From the NCBI GenBank assembly GCA_016777225.1, contig JADHRW010000007.1, positions 5,798 through 69,797 on the forward strand: a DNA stretch of 64,000 bases, in the 5' to 3' direction. Every line of letters begins with the position of its first letter. The first letter of the stretch is position 1. This DNA is from Candidatus Thalassarchaeum sp. (GTDB lineage Archaea; Thermoplasmatota; Poseidoniia; Poseidoniales; Thalassarchaeaceae). Positions 16,793-26,045 of this stretch are shown here, in pieces. Under the pieces are notes generated by a model. That model searched no databases. It was not told the origin of the DNA and saw nothing but the letters and a program-made list of their open reading frames with translations. The translations under genes and the position numbers were made by a program.

Positions 16793-17998
16793 CTAATTGA
16801 CAATTGACCCCCAGCCTTTCAAAACTAAGAAAGTTGCTAATGATTCGGTGACTTCTAACTTATCTCCAGCATTTCCTTCTACCCTAACACCAGCTAATTC
16901 AGCAGTGACGTCGTCTTTATTCAGCAAGATATTAAATTTTTTATCTGAGGAAAAAACTATCGCTTCATCTAAAGGATTGAATGGATTAGATGATTCGGGA
17001 TTCAATCTTTCTAGTGGCATTTCTGTCACTCTCAATCCACATTTCCCGTGTAAACTACCAATCCATCTGATGACTCTTTTTACATCCACAGTTACCGCCT
17101 CATCTGTTTCGCCTGCTGAACCTAAAACTACTGAACTATCACCTTTCACCATTTCCCAAAAGATAGGAGTATTTTTCTCTCCAAAAACTCTTAATTTATT
17201 ATCCCTCATTAAACGTCCTAATCGCTCTTCATCTGCTAACTCTGCGATTTCTTTGATTTTATTCGTAGATACTTTTTTGATAGTGGAGCCGGGAATTTTA
17301 GCACTCTTCTCTAATGCAGATTGTAATTCATCAAGATACTGTTTATGATCAGGTCCTTTTTCATTAATTATTTTTAATTTATGAGTTACCGAACTTATGC
17401 CTCCAGAAATTCTATTTTGCCATCCAGAATTGGGTCCAGATAATGTTGTCTGAACATTAATTCCTTCACCTCTAATGTAATTCACTAATTGTCTTCGAGC
17501 ATTTGAATCAATATGTAATAGAGAGGGGTCACGTACATGTATGTGGAATCCACGATGACCCGAAAATGTTGTTTGAACATATTTTTCTTTGAAACCAAAT
17601 TCTGGTTCTAGGAATTCTGACCATAGAGTCCATGCCTGTTCTTGAATTTTAGATATCATTGTAGGGAAATCATTATCCGAAACCCCAGGAAGATGGTCTC
17701 CGTCAAGATCGAATATCAAATCAGCTCCAAGCCAATCTTTGTCAATCATTTTTCTTTCGTTGGGTAATCTGTAGTAAGCAGTACTGTAAAAACAAGAATG
17801 CGGTGCACGTTGTTTAAGATAATCCGAAAGTCCTTTTTTGTCAATAAAACCTCTATGCCTATCTGGTGGCTTAGAACCCCAAGGGATAAACATCCATTCA
17901 CGACTTCTTAACCTAGGAGGAACCCATAAATCTCTAGAATCTAAAGACTTGTAGTAGTCACTAAAACGCAAAGCGAAACGGCTCCAGCCCTCTACCAT
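16793..17998 (-). CDS. priS: DNA primase small (catalytic) subunit PriS
   Basis: Archaeo-eukaryotic primase motifs are present: 'ADLIFDLDGDH' (catalytic acidic motif) and 'SGHRGFHIHV'. Confidence 0.85.
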   Translation of the reverse strand: MVEGWSRFALRFSDYYKSLDSRDLWVPPRLRSREWMFIPWGSKPPDRHRGFIDKKGLSDYLKQRAPHSCFYSTAYYRLPNERKMIDKDWLGADLIFDLDGDHLPGVSDNDFPTMISKIQEQAWTLWSEFLEPEFGFKEKYVQTTFSGHRGFHIHVRDPSLLHIDSNARRQLVNYIRGEGINVQTTLSGPNSGWQNRISGGISSVTHKLKIINEKGPDHKQYLDELQSALEKSAKIPGSTIKKVSTNKIKEIAELADEERLGRLMRDNKLRVFGEKNTPIFWEMVKGDSSVVLGSAGETDEAVTVDVKRVIRWIGSLHGKCGLRVTEMPLERLNPESSNPFNPLDEAIVFSSDKKFNILLNKDDVTAELAGVRVEGNAGDKLEVTESLATFLVLKGWGSIVN

Positions 17999-18040
17999 AA
18001 CTCAGTTAGTAAGTAGGTAGCAAATTAAGTTGAGGTTCTC

Positions 18041-18274
18041 TCAATCAAGCTTTAAGTTTGGAACATATTTGCCATCGGACGAAGATTCTGCTCCAGTTAC
18101 CTCAACATATGCCTCCCAACAAACGAATTTATCATCTAACACAATTGCTTCTGCAAAAGTCATAGCTTTTCCGGTGATTGCACATACTGGACCTAACTGC
18201 CCAGTGGCTGTAGATAGTTTCGATGCATCTGGCATGATTTGCCCGTGAACAGTCTGTCTATTCATCCTTGCCAT
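18041..18274 (-). CDS. Hypothetical small protein (77 aa)
   Basis: The ORF has no recognised motif, and the competing + strand ORF (18030..18248) is equally unsupported. Strand choice is weak. Confidence 0.3.
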   Translation of the reverse strand: MARMNRQTVHGQIMPDASKLSTATGQLGPVCAITGKAMTFAEAIVLDDKFVCWEAYVEVTGAESSSDGKYVPNLKLD

Positions 18275-18325
18275 TCAACATTCAGAGATACACACAGTTT
18301 TGTATTAGATTTCAACCGCCAAATC

Positions 18326-19186
18326 ATGACAACAGCCCCAACGACTTTTCAAGTTGGCCATTCGCCTGACCCAGATGATGCATTCATGTTCCATGCAATG
18401 ACTACTGGAGCAATAGATACTGGAGGTAAAGATTACCAACATGTTCTACTAGATATTGAAACTTTGAATAAACATGCCATGGAGGGAAAGTATGAGATTT
18501 CGGCTGTGAGTATACATTCATTTCCACTAATTGCAGAAAAATATCATCTAATGAACTGTGGAGCATCCATGGGCGAAGGATATGGACCGATGGTTATATC
18601 CAACAGAGATATGTCAGAAGAAGAAGCGAAAACTAAGACTATTGCAATACCGGGTTTAGGAACTAGCGCCTACCTATCTCTACTCCTAGCTTGGGGTGAT
18701 GTGAAAGTTGAGGTAGTACCTTTTGATGAAATATTACCTAAAGTTGCTAGCGGCGAATATGATGCTGGAGTGATAATACATGAAGGACAGTTGACATGGG
18801 AATCAGAAGGTGTGAAACTAATTCTAGATTTAGGAATCTGGTGGAATGAAAAAACGGGTTTACCTCTTCCTTTAGGTGGAAATGTAGTCAGAAAAGACCT
18901 AGGTATGGAATTGTGTGAAGCATTAACTGAAGATGTGAAAAATAGTATTGTGCATTCATTAGAAAATCCAGATAGTGCTCTAGAATTCGCTAAAAAATGG
19001 GGCCGAGGAATAGACGATGAAACCAACAAAGAATTCGTAGGAATGTACGTTAATGAACGAACTATTGACTATGGTAATGATGGTAGAGACGCAATAAGAT
19101 TATTCCTCAAAGAAGGACAAAGAATAGGAATGGTTGATAGTGAATTAGATGTCGACGGAATACAATTTATTGGATCTGGTGAATAA
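18326..19186 (+). CDS. mqnD: MqnD-like (MqnA/MqnD/SBP family) futalosine-pathway protein, possibly 1,4-dihydroxy-6-naphthoate synthase
   Basis: 'VGHSPDPDDAFMFHAM', 'DIETLNKHAMEGKYEISAVSIH' and 'GASMGEGYGPMVIS' resemble MqnD motifs. I chose the ATG at 18326 rather than the ORF-track start at 18239. Confidence 0.65.
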   Translation: MTTAPTTFQVGHSPDPDDAFMFHAMTTGAIDTGGKDYQHVLLDIETLNKHAMEGKYEISAVSIHSFPLIAEKYHLMNCGASMGEGYGPMVISNRDMSEEEAKTKTIAIPGLGTSAYLSLLLAWGDVKVEVVPFDEILPKVASGEYDAGVIIHEGQLTWESEGVKLILDLGIWWNEKTGLPLPLGGNVVRKDLGMELCEALTEDVKNSIVHSLENPDSALEFAKKWGRGIDDETNKEFVGMYVNERTIDYGNDGRDAIRLFLKEGQRIGMVDSELDVDGIQFIGSGE

Positions 19187-19666
19187 ATGGAAAGAGGAAA
19201 CATTCCAGAAGTCAGCCCCTTTGACTCAGTTGACCCTGCACCTCCAAGTGAGGACTCAAATGTTACCAGATTAAGCAATACATTATCAAATGAAAATGAA
19301 AAAATGTTTCAACGAATGAGAGCATTGTTCGCATTAAGGAATATTGGCGGCCATGATTCAGTAGACGCATTAACGAATGCGTTTAATTCGGAATCTGCTT
19401 TACTTAAACATGAAATCGCCTATGTTTTAGGACAAATGCAAGACCCACATGCAGTTCCATCATTGATAGACAGACTAGCAGATCAATCTGAGGATGTCAT
19501 GGTTAGACATGAGGCAGCTGAAGCATTAGGAGCAATTGGAGACATGATTGCAATTGACACACTAAGAAAGTTTCAAGAAGATCCAGAAATTGTAGTTGCA
19601 GAGTCCTGTGAAGTAGCCATAGATTTACTAAACTATGTTGCAAGTAAAGAATTAAATTATTCATGA
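19187..19666 (+). CDS. Half-size HEAT-repeat protein resembling the C-terminal half of deoxyhypusine hydroxylase (DOHH)
   Basis: 'SVDPAPP', 'RMRALFALRNIGG', 'SALLKHEIAYVLGQMQD', 'VMVRHEAAEALGAIG' and 'ESCEVA' are present. There are two His-Glu motifs (H75-E76, H108-E109). The ATG directly follows the TAA of the MqnD-like gene. Confidence 0.65.
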   Translation: MERGNIPEVSPFDSVDPAPPSEDSNVTRLSNTLSNENEKMFQRMRALFALRNIGGHDSVDALTNAFNSESALLKHEIAYVLGQMQDPHAVPSLIDRLADQSEDVMVRHEAAEALGAIGDMIAIDTLRKFQEDPEIVVAESCEVAIDLLNYVASKELNYS

Positions 19667-20457
19667 GATGATAACCAAGTGATATCGCTATCCATATTGC
19701 AGACAACTTTCAAAAAATGTTCAAGACCTTCTTTTGATTTATCATCTAGTTTATTCTGAACTTCGATAGAAAAATATTCATCGATTCTTGATTCAGAGAA
19801 ACCGAGTTTTTCAGATGTCCGAGAGATTACTTCTTGATTCCAAGATGTATCTTCAAGAAAATGATTATACTGATTAACCATATCTTTTCTTGCTTTAGCT
19901 AACTTGTCTATAGGTGAGTCTTTTCTAGCAGCAAATACACCAAAAACCATTGGGAATCCGGTAATTTTCGTCCATTCTGCACCTAAATCAAGTTTAACTA
20001 AATTAGGATTTTCTTTAGCAGCGATTAAAGCACGATCACCAATTAATAATGCACCATCCGACTTTTCTAGCATAGCAACGAGATCGGGGCCAGTTTCATG
20101 GAATTTAGGGTCTAAATTCTTCAAACCGAGAACCCATTGAAGTAAAGCACGTGATGTTGATGAGTCTGAAGGTAGAGCTATATCTCTCATTTGATTAATT
20201 GGGCGTGTTCCAAATAAAATAACAGAACCTACATCTCCATTACTAACAATACCTAAATCAGGTAAAAGAAGTAATTCATCGGAGTGTTTAGCATAATCTG
20301 CAGCAGGAATAGGAGCAGTCAAACAATCTCTTCTGAGAAGGTGACCCGTTAGCCAAGCAGGAGGTGCTGGTAGAATTTTCCATCTATCCTCTAAGCCATC
20401 AAAAATAGGATCACAATTAGCAAATGCGACCCGACCAAGTACAGTTTCCCAAGACAT
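19657..20457 (-). CDS. mqnA: MqnA-like chorismate dehydratase (futalosine pathway)
   Basis: SBP-like fold with 'GDVGSVILF', 'SDSSTSRALLQWVL', 'GALLIGDRAL' and 'TGFPMVFGVFAARK', as in MqnA. Confidence 0.65.
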   Translation of the reverse strand: MSWETVLGRVAFANCDPIFDGLEDRWKILPAPPAWLTGHLLRRDCLTAPIPAADYAKHSDELLLLPDLGIVSNGDVGSVILFGTRPINQMRDIALPSDSSTSRALLQWVLGLKNLDPKFHETGPDLVAMLEKSDGALLIGDRALIAAKENPNLVKLDLGAEWTKITGFPMVFGVFAARKDSPIDKLAKARKDMVNQYNHFLEDTSWNQEVISRTSEKLGFSESRIDEYFSIEVQNKLDDKSKEGLEHFLKVVCNMDSDITWLSSHE

Positions 20458-20464
20458 AATAACA

Positions 20465-21766
20465 CTACACTAATTGAGCAACTGGAAGATTTCTTCTACC
20501 ATTATCTGGCTTTCTCCGATATCGAGTGAAATCTGTATATGTGGTATTTCTTTTGACTGGAACAGAATCTACATCTTCAATTAGTCTGGCTAATTCATCA
20601 CTATCTGAATCCAATTTAGCTGAACTACCCGCTTCATGCATGATTTCTTCATGATTTACTGTTCCATCAATATCGTCCGCTCCTGAGTTCAAAGCAATAG
20701 ATGCTACATGGCTACCAATATTCATCCGATATGCCTTGATATGAGGGATGTTATCTAACATAATCCTAGATATTGCAATGACCCTTATGATTTCATTCAT
20801 AGACGCTAGTTGGGCTTCTGGAAGACGAGTTTTATCAGGTAAGAATGGATATGGTACAAAGCATTGGAACCCTTTACTTTGAGCTTGCTGATTTCGAAGT
20901 TTCGAAAGATGTATTGCTCTTTCTCTTAGTGTTTCAACAGTTCCAAATAGCATAGTACAATTTGTTTTGATTCCTAGTTCGTGTGCTACTTCATGAATCT
21001 TAAGATATTCATCAGAGGATTCCTTACCTCGGCAAATTCGATTTCTCACTGTATCGACTAATATTTCTGCACCACCTCCAGGTAAAGAGTCAAGTCCTGC
21101 AGACTTTAATCGAGACAGAGTTTCCTTGACTGTTATTCCACTACGACTAGCAATATGCTTGACCTCTACAGCAGTTAGAGATTTGATATGGATATTAGGA
21201 TAAGTATTTTTTGCAGCACTATACAGTTCTTCATAGTAAGTTACTGTCCAATCAGGATGTAGACCACCAACAGAATGTACCTCATCAATCATCTGACTAA
21301 AAGGCTCAATTCGATGCAAATATTCTTCAACTGTTAATGCATAAGCATCATTATGCCTAGGACCTTTTCTAAAAGCACAAAATCGACACGCTAATACACA
21401 AATATTTGTAGTATTTACATGCAAATTATCATTGAAGTAAACGTGTTTTCCGAATCGTGATTTTTTAATTAAATCAGCAAGTGCGGAAACGCCTGAAAGA
21501 TTGTTAGATTCAAATAATTCAAGACCCTTTTCTACACCAACATATCCACCACTACTTAACAAATTAAAGCATTCGACCAAGAGAGGATCTGTCTCAACAG
21601 AAAGTGGCAAGGGAAGTGTTTTCAGGACTTTTCTCCAGTCCGAATTTCCCGAGAGTGGTACATCAATCATGATAACTCCGACCACTGGGTCATGCTTGTC
21701 AAATATCAACCAATGTATTGGACAATAGGAGTTATAGCACTGCAAACCATCAATAGCCAATTTCAA
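20465..21766 (-). CDS. Radical SAM enzyme of the MqnE/MqnC (CofH-like) type
   Basis: CX3CX2C cluster motif in 'NTTNICVLACRFCAF'. Size and context next to mqnA fit. The true start is probably the internal MIDVPL. I cannot separate MqnE from MqnC by eye. Confidence 0.7.
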   Translation of the reverse strand: MKLAIDGLQCYNSYCPIHWLIFDKHDPVVGVIMIDVPLSGNSDWRKVLKTLPLPLSVETDPLLVECFNLLSSGGYVGVEKGLELFESNNLSGVSALADLIKKSRFGKHVYFNDNLHVNTTNICVLACRFCAFRKGPRHNDAYALTVEEYLHRIEPFSQMIDEVHSVGGLHPDWTVTYYEELYSAAKNTYPNIHIKSLTAVEVKHIASRSGITVKETLSRLKSAGLDSLPGGGAEILVDTVRNRICRGKESSDEYLKIHEVAHELGIKTNCTMLFGTVETLRERAIHLSKLRNQQAQSKGFQCFVPYPFLPDKTRLPEAQLASMNEIIRVIAISRIMLDNIPHIKAYRMNIGSHVASIALNSGADDIDGTVNHEEIMHEAGSSAKLDSDSDELARLIEDVDSVPVKRNTTYTDFTRYRRKPDNGRRNLPVAQLV

Positions 21767-21817
21767 CGACAGGTGTTCAAATGGGGTGCTATTATTAGCC
21801 TAAGTGAAGGACAATTA

Positions 21818-22609
21818 ATGGAAATTGCAAGGAAATGTCGTATTGACATTGTAGAAATGGTACATAAAGCAGGAGCAGGGCACCCAGGAGGTTCTCTTTC
21901 AGCAATAGACTTCATTGTGGGATTATATGGAACTGAATTTCGTTTTGATGCAAAGAATCCTAATTGGGAAGACCGTGATCGATTCATCATGAGTAAGGGT
22001 CATGCAAGTCCTGCTGTATATTCTATGCTACATCAGTTAGATATAATTACAAAAAGCGATATTGATAGCTTCAGAACTCTAGGTTCTACATGCCAAGGCC
22101 ATGTAGATATGAAATGGACTGAGGGTGTTGATTTCTCAGCGGGAAGCTTAGGAATGGGGCTCTCATTTGGCTTAGGCTGTGCAATTGCAGCTAGAATGGA
22201 CTCTAGTGAGAGAAATATTTGGGTAATGATTGGTGATGGTGAGACTCAAGAGGGGCAAATCTGGGAAGCAGCAATGGCAACAGATTTTCACAAAATAGGA
22301 AACCTGAATGTAGTAATTGATAGGAATCGAATACAAAATGATGATTTTATGGATGTACAGATGGAAATAGGCGATATTGGTGCTAAATTTCAATCATTTG
22401 GATGGAAAGTAATTGAAATTGATGGACATAATATGCAAGAAATTACTAATGCTATAGGAGAAGCATCGAGTGATCAAACTGAACCTTACGCAATCGTGGC
22501 TCATACAATCAAAGGCAAGGGTGTTTCTTTCATGGAAAATAACCCTTCATTCCATGGTAAAGCGCCTAGTGATGAAGAATTGGTTATCGCATTGGAGGAA
22601 TTATCATGA
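21818..22609 (+). CDS. Transketolase, N-terminal (TPP-binding) subunit
   Basis: 'AGAGHPGGSLS', 'SKGHASPAVY' and the TPP motif 'GDGETQEGQIWEA' are present. The start is uncertain: 21818 is the first ATG that gives a canonical N-terminus. Confidence 0.85.
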   Translation: MEIARKCRIDIVEMVHKAGAGHPGGSLSAIDFIVGLYGTEFRFDAKNPNWEDRDRFIMSKGHASPAVYSMLHQLDIITKSDIDSFRTLGSTCQGHVDMKWTEGVDFSAGSLGMGLSFGLGCAIAARMDSSERNIWVMIGDGETQEGQIWEAAMATDFHKIGNLNVVIDRNRIQNDDFMDVQMEIGDIGAKFQSFGWKVIEIDGHNMQEITNAIGEASSDQTEPYAIVAHTIKGKGVSFMENNPSFHGKAPSDEELVIALEELS

Positions 22610-23553
22610 GTGCTCCTTCAACAGGTGGAGCATCGAGAGATGGTTATGGCTCGGCCCTACTAAAGTTGGCTTCAGATCCAAGGGTCGTTGTATTAGAAGC
22701 TGATTTAGGAAAATCAACTAAATCTTGTTTGTTCAGAGCAGAACATCCTGAAAGAACTGTTTCAATGGGAATAGCTGAACAAAATATGATGCTGGTTTCC
22801 GCTGGAATGGCATCTTCAGGAAAAATTCCATTCGCTAGTACATTTGCAATATTCACAGAGAGAGCCTTTGAACAAGTAAGAAACGGTATTGCAAGGCCGG
22901 GATTAGTTGTTCATATCTGTGGTAGTCATGGAGGAATTCATACAGGTACAGATGGTAGTAGTGCCCAGTCAATAGAAGATCTAGGGATATATCGAACAAT
23001 ACCAAATATGACTGTATTGCACCCATGCGATGATTTATCTGCAGAAGAACTGACTATTCAATTACTTAATCATGACAATCCATCATACACACGTACTGCT
23101 AGGAATAAAGTCCCTAGGGTATATACTGAAGATAATGTTTCAGAAATTAAGATAGGTAAAGGTAATGTCATCAAAGAAGGAAATGATGTTGCAATAATTG
23201 CATGTGGTGTTATGGTAAATGAAGCAAAGATTGCAGCTCAGAAATTATCAGAGGAGGGAATTAATGCATGCATAGTAGATATGCATACCATTAAGCCTCT
23301 TGACGGTGATCTGATTCAGGAATTAGCCAGACAATGTGGATGTATTGTAACTGTCGAAGATCATTCGGTTATCGGTGGTTTGGGCGGAGGAGTAGCAGAA
23401 TATCTCTCACGAAATATTCCTACACCATTAGAAATGGTTGGAGTGAATGATAGATTTGGAGAGAGCGGTGATACCTCTGATTTAATGTCACATTTGAATA
23501 TTGATTACAATGCAATTGTTAGTGCATCTCATGCAGCAATAAAGCGTAAATAA
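22606..23553 (+). CDS. Transketolase, C-terminal (pyrimidine-binding) subunit
   Basis: 'GIAEQNMM' and 'GSHGGIHTGTDGSSAQSIEDL' are present. It overlaps the N-subunit stop by 4 nt. Split transketolase is usual in archaea. Confidence 0.85.
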   Translation: MSAPSTGGASRDGYGSALLKLASDPRVVVLEADLGKSTKSCLFRAEHPERTVSMGIAEQNMMLVSAGMASSGKIPFASTFAIFTERAFEQVRNGIARPGLVVHICGSHGGIHTGTDGSSAQSIEDLGIYRTIPNMTVLHPCDDLSAEELTIQLLNHDNPSYTRTARNKVPRVYTEDNVSEIKIGKGNVIKEGNDVAIIACGVMVNEAKIAAQKLSEEGINACIVDMHTIKPLDGDLIQELARQCGCIVTVEDHSVIGGLGGGVAEYLSRNIPTPLEMVGVNDRFGESGDTSDLMSHLNIDYNAIVSASHAAIKRK

Positions 23554-24477
23554 TTGGCAAAAAAAGAGTCTTTCTTGGGTTTCATTCATCAAGGAGTGAG
23601 GCTCGAAACTAAATTAATGAATGAGGCCCAGAAACTCAGAGACCTACTTGACGGGTCTATGGATCCATCAGAATTAGAGTCTTACAAAGAGTATTACAAG
23701 TTGGCTGAAAGGATATATGGTAGAGAAGCTCTAGATGAGATTGGAATTAGTAGTCCACAAGATGTTGAGGAAAACCTTACTCCAGTATTGAATAGTGAAT
23801 TTACACATGACGTCATATTACCTGAACCAAAACCTGAGATTGAAGAAAATGAAATTCAACAAAATAATATTAAATCAAAAAGACGAAAATTTGTTTTCCT
23901 AGTAGGAATTATTGGCCTCATTCTAATTAGTACTAATGTCGCTGTTGGTATAGATTCAATCGTTGGATTATGTGAAGATGAAGAGCCCATGGGAAATATA
24001 GAATTTAAGGCACAGCATCAAGTTAATGGCAACTCATTAACAATATTTTGGACAGTAACCAATACCACAATTGGTAATCAGTATTCGATTACATGGGATG
24101 TTTCTCAGAATGGTTCTCAAGAACTAGTAAGTAGTGGACAAATTAATTGGACGGCAAATGGAGAGTCATTTTCTCACTCTAATATGACCACAGTACAAAT
24201 TGAACCATATGCTTATTCATCGACACTACTTGACCAGAATGGGACTGTAATTGCAACAGTAAGTGGAAGTCATACCAGTTCTGACATTAACACTATGTCT
24301 ACGATAGAGAGTTCAAAACTTTGTGAAGATAATCCAAAGTTAAAATTAGGAGAAATTATGAATTATGAAGATATTAATTCATGGGGGCCTGAGGGCGAAG
24401 GTGAAATTATCGATGGAATGTTATTGATGCTGTTCACGTTCGTCACTCTATTCGGCTTGACGAAAAAGAAAAAATAA
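23554..24477 (+). CDS. Hypothetical membrane protein with ectodomain and a C-terminal helix plus KKKK tail
   Basis: TTG start. It has an internal helix (FVFLVGIIGLILI) and a C-terminal 'GPEGEGEIIDGMLLMLFTFVTLFGLTKKKK'. Confidence 0.45.
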   Translation: MAKKESFLGFIHQGVRLETKLMNEAQKLRDLLDGSMDPSELESYKEYYKLAERIYGREALDEIGISSPQDVEENLTPVLNSEFTHDVILPEPKPEIEENEIQQNNIKSKRRKFVFLVGIIGLILISTNVAVGIDSIVGLCEDEEPMGNIEFKAQHQVNGNSLTIFWTVTNTTIGNQYSITWDVSQNGSQELVSSGQINWTANGESFSHSNMTTVQIEPYAYSSTLLDQNGTVIATVSGSHTSSDINTMSTIESSKLCEDNPKLKLGEIMNYEDINSWGPEGEGEIIDGMLLMLFTFVTLFGLTKKKK

Positions 24478-26028
24478 TCAATACATTCGAGCAAGATGTT
24501 GCTTTCTTGTAGTTAATTTACCAGTAATAGCACATGGCATGGGGGAAGAATATGGTTCAACAGAATCGCCAAGTAGTGCTAATCCAGTAGTTTTTTCTAA
24601 AACTTCAGCGTCGGCATCATTTCCATCAAATGCTAATTCATAGACAATTCCATCTTCAATAGGGGAATTGAGAGCCCAACCAGATTCAGATTGATTAATC
24701 CCTGGGAATTTCTGGACTAACTCTGACATATTAACTGAAGATCGTGTTAGCAATGTTTCAGAAATTTCATCTAAATATTGATTTATTGTTTGAGAAAGAT
24801 TTTCTAAACTCACTTCTATTTTCCCACCTGTTCTTAGTGATAAAACGCACTTATTACCATCCAAATCGCGAGGACCTAATTCTAATCTTATTGGAGCACC
24901 TCTAATTTCCCAATGATAATGTTTACCTCCAGGCCTAATATCTCTATCATCCACATGAACTCTGAAACCAGAAGCCCTCAGTTTCTTAGCTAAATCATGT
25001 ATCTTAGGTATGACTTGTTCATTTATATGTGCAGCAACGGGCATCAAAATTATTTGATATGGAGATACTGATGGAGGGAGTATAAGTCCTGCATCATCAC
25101 CATGCATTCCAACAACTGCACCAAGTAATCTTTCAGACATTCCAAAAGTAGTTTGGTGGCAATTCTGAGTCTTACCATCTGAATCTTCATAATTTAGATC
25201 AAATGCTTGAGCCCATTGATCACGATAATGATGATATGTTGCAATTTGAAGTGTACGGCCATTTGGCATGACTGCATCTACTGCTGTAGTATACCATGCA
25301 CCAGGGAAGGTATCCCAAACTGGTCTCTTAGAAACTAAAACTGGCATACATAGAGATTTCATTAATCTTTGAACAATCTCTGCATCCTGTTCTATTTGGC
25401 GAGTAGCACCATCTTCATCCTTGTGTACAGTATGAGCTTCAAAGAAATGAATCTCTCGAACACGAATAAATGATCGGGTTTGTTTAGTTTCATACCGGAA
25501 TGTATTGACAATCTGGAATGTTTTGAGAGGAAGGTCTGCATGACTCCTCACCCAAAGAGAGAACATCGTATACATTGGAGTTTCAGAAGTAGGTCTAAGG
25601 AACATAGGTATGTCTAATTCATTTTCTCCACCTTTAGTCACCCAATAAACTTCTTTCTTGAATCCAGAGTCTTCTTCATCCATTCTTAACTCTGATGGAT
25701 CAACCCCTAATTCTCTGGCTGCTTTAAGACGTGAAACTAATTGGTTCTCTTTCTCGAGAAGGTCTTCAGGAACTAAAAGTGGAAAATTATATTCTTGGTG
25801 GCCAGACTCTTCCATTTCTTTTCGAGTTAAACCATCAATTAAGCGCATTGTAGACCAACCATATGGCTTCCATACATCCATTCCCTTGATTGGATATCTC
25901 TTATCGACAAGGTCAGAAATCTCTACAATAGCGGGATACCAAGCATTGAAATCAGACTTAGGAGGAATACCTCTCTTAGCCTTACCATGCTTTCCCATGA
26001 TTACTTGCCGCCTTGGATTATCCTTCAA
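24478..26028 (-). CDS. proS: Prolyl-tRNA synthetase (archaeal/eukaryotic type)
   Basis: Class II motifs are present, including 'FLRPTSETPMY' and 'RVREIHFFEAH'. The likely start is the internal MGKHGKAKRG (25998). Confidence 0.9.
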   Translation of the reverse strand: MKDNPRRQVIMGKHGKAKRGIPPKSDFNAWYPAIVEISDLVDKRYPIKGMDVWKPYGWSTMRLIDGLTRKEMEESGHQEYNFPLLVPEDLLEKENQLVSRLKAARELGVDPSELRMDEEDSGFKKEVYWVTKGGENELDIPMFLRPTSETPMYTMFSLWVRSHADLPLKTFQIVNTFRYETKQTRSFIRVREIHFFEAHTVHKDEDGATRQIEQDAEIVQRLMKSLCMPVLVSKRPVWDTFPGAWYTTAVDAVMPNGRTLQIATYHHYRDQWAQAFDLNYEDSDGKTQNCHQTTFGMSERLLGAVVGMHGDDAGLILPPSVSPYQIILMPVAAHINEQVIPKIHDLAKKLRASGFRVHVDDRDIRPGGKHYHWEIRGAPIRLELGPRDLDGNKCVLSLRTGGKIEVSLENLSQTINQYLDEISETLLTRSSVNMSELVQKFPGINQSESGWALNSPIEDGIVYELAFDGNDADAEVLEKTTGLALLGDSVEPYSSPMPCAITGKLTTRKQHLARMY

Positions 26029-26045
26029 TGTGCCGCAGATATAGT

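Noticed and set aside
16077-17348. Plus-strand ORFs 16077..16457 and 16797..17348, which are Ser/Thr/Pro-rich.
   Set aside because: They are antisense shadows of the acidic protein gene and of priS, and their composition is typical of reverse-frame translation.
18030-18248. Plus-strand 72-aa ORF competing with the minus-strand 77-aa ORF at 18041..18274.
   Set aside because: Neither has a recognisable motif. I listed only the minus-strand one, at low confidence. Both could be non-coding.
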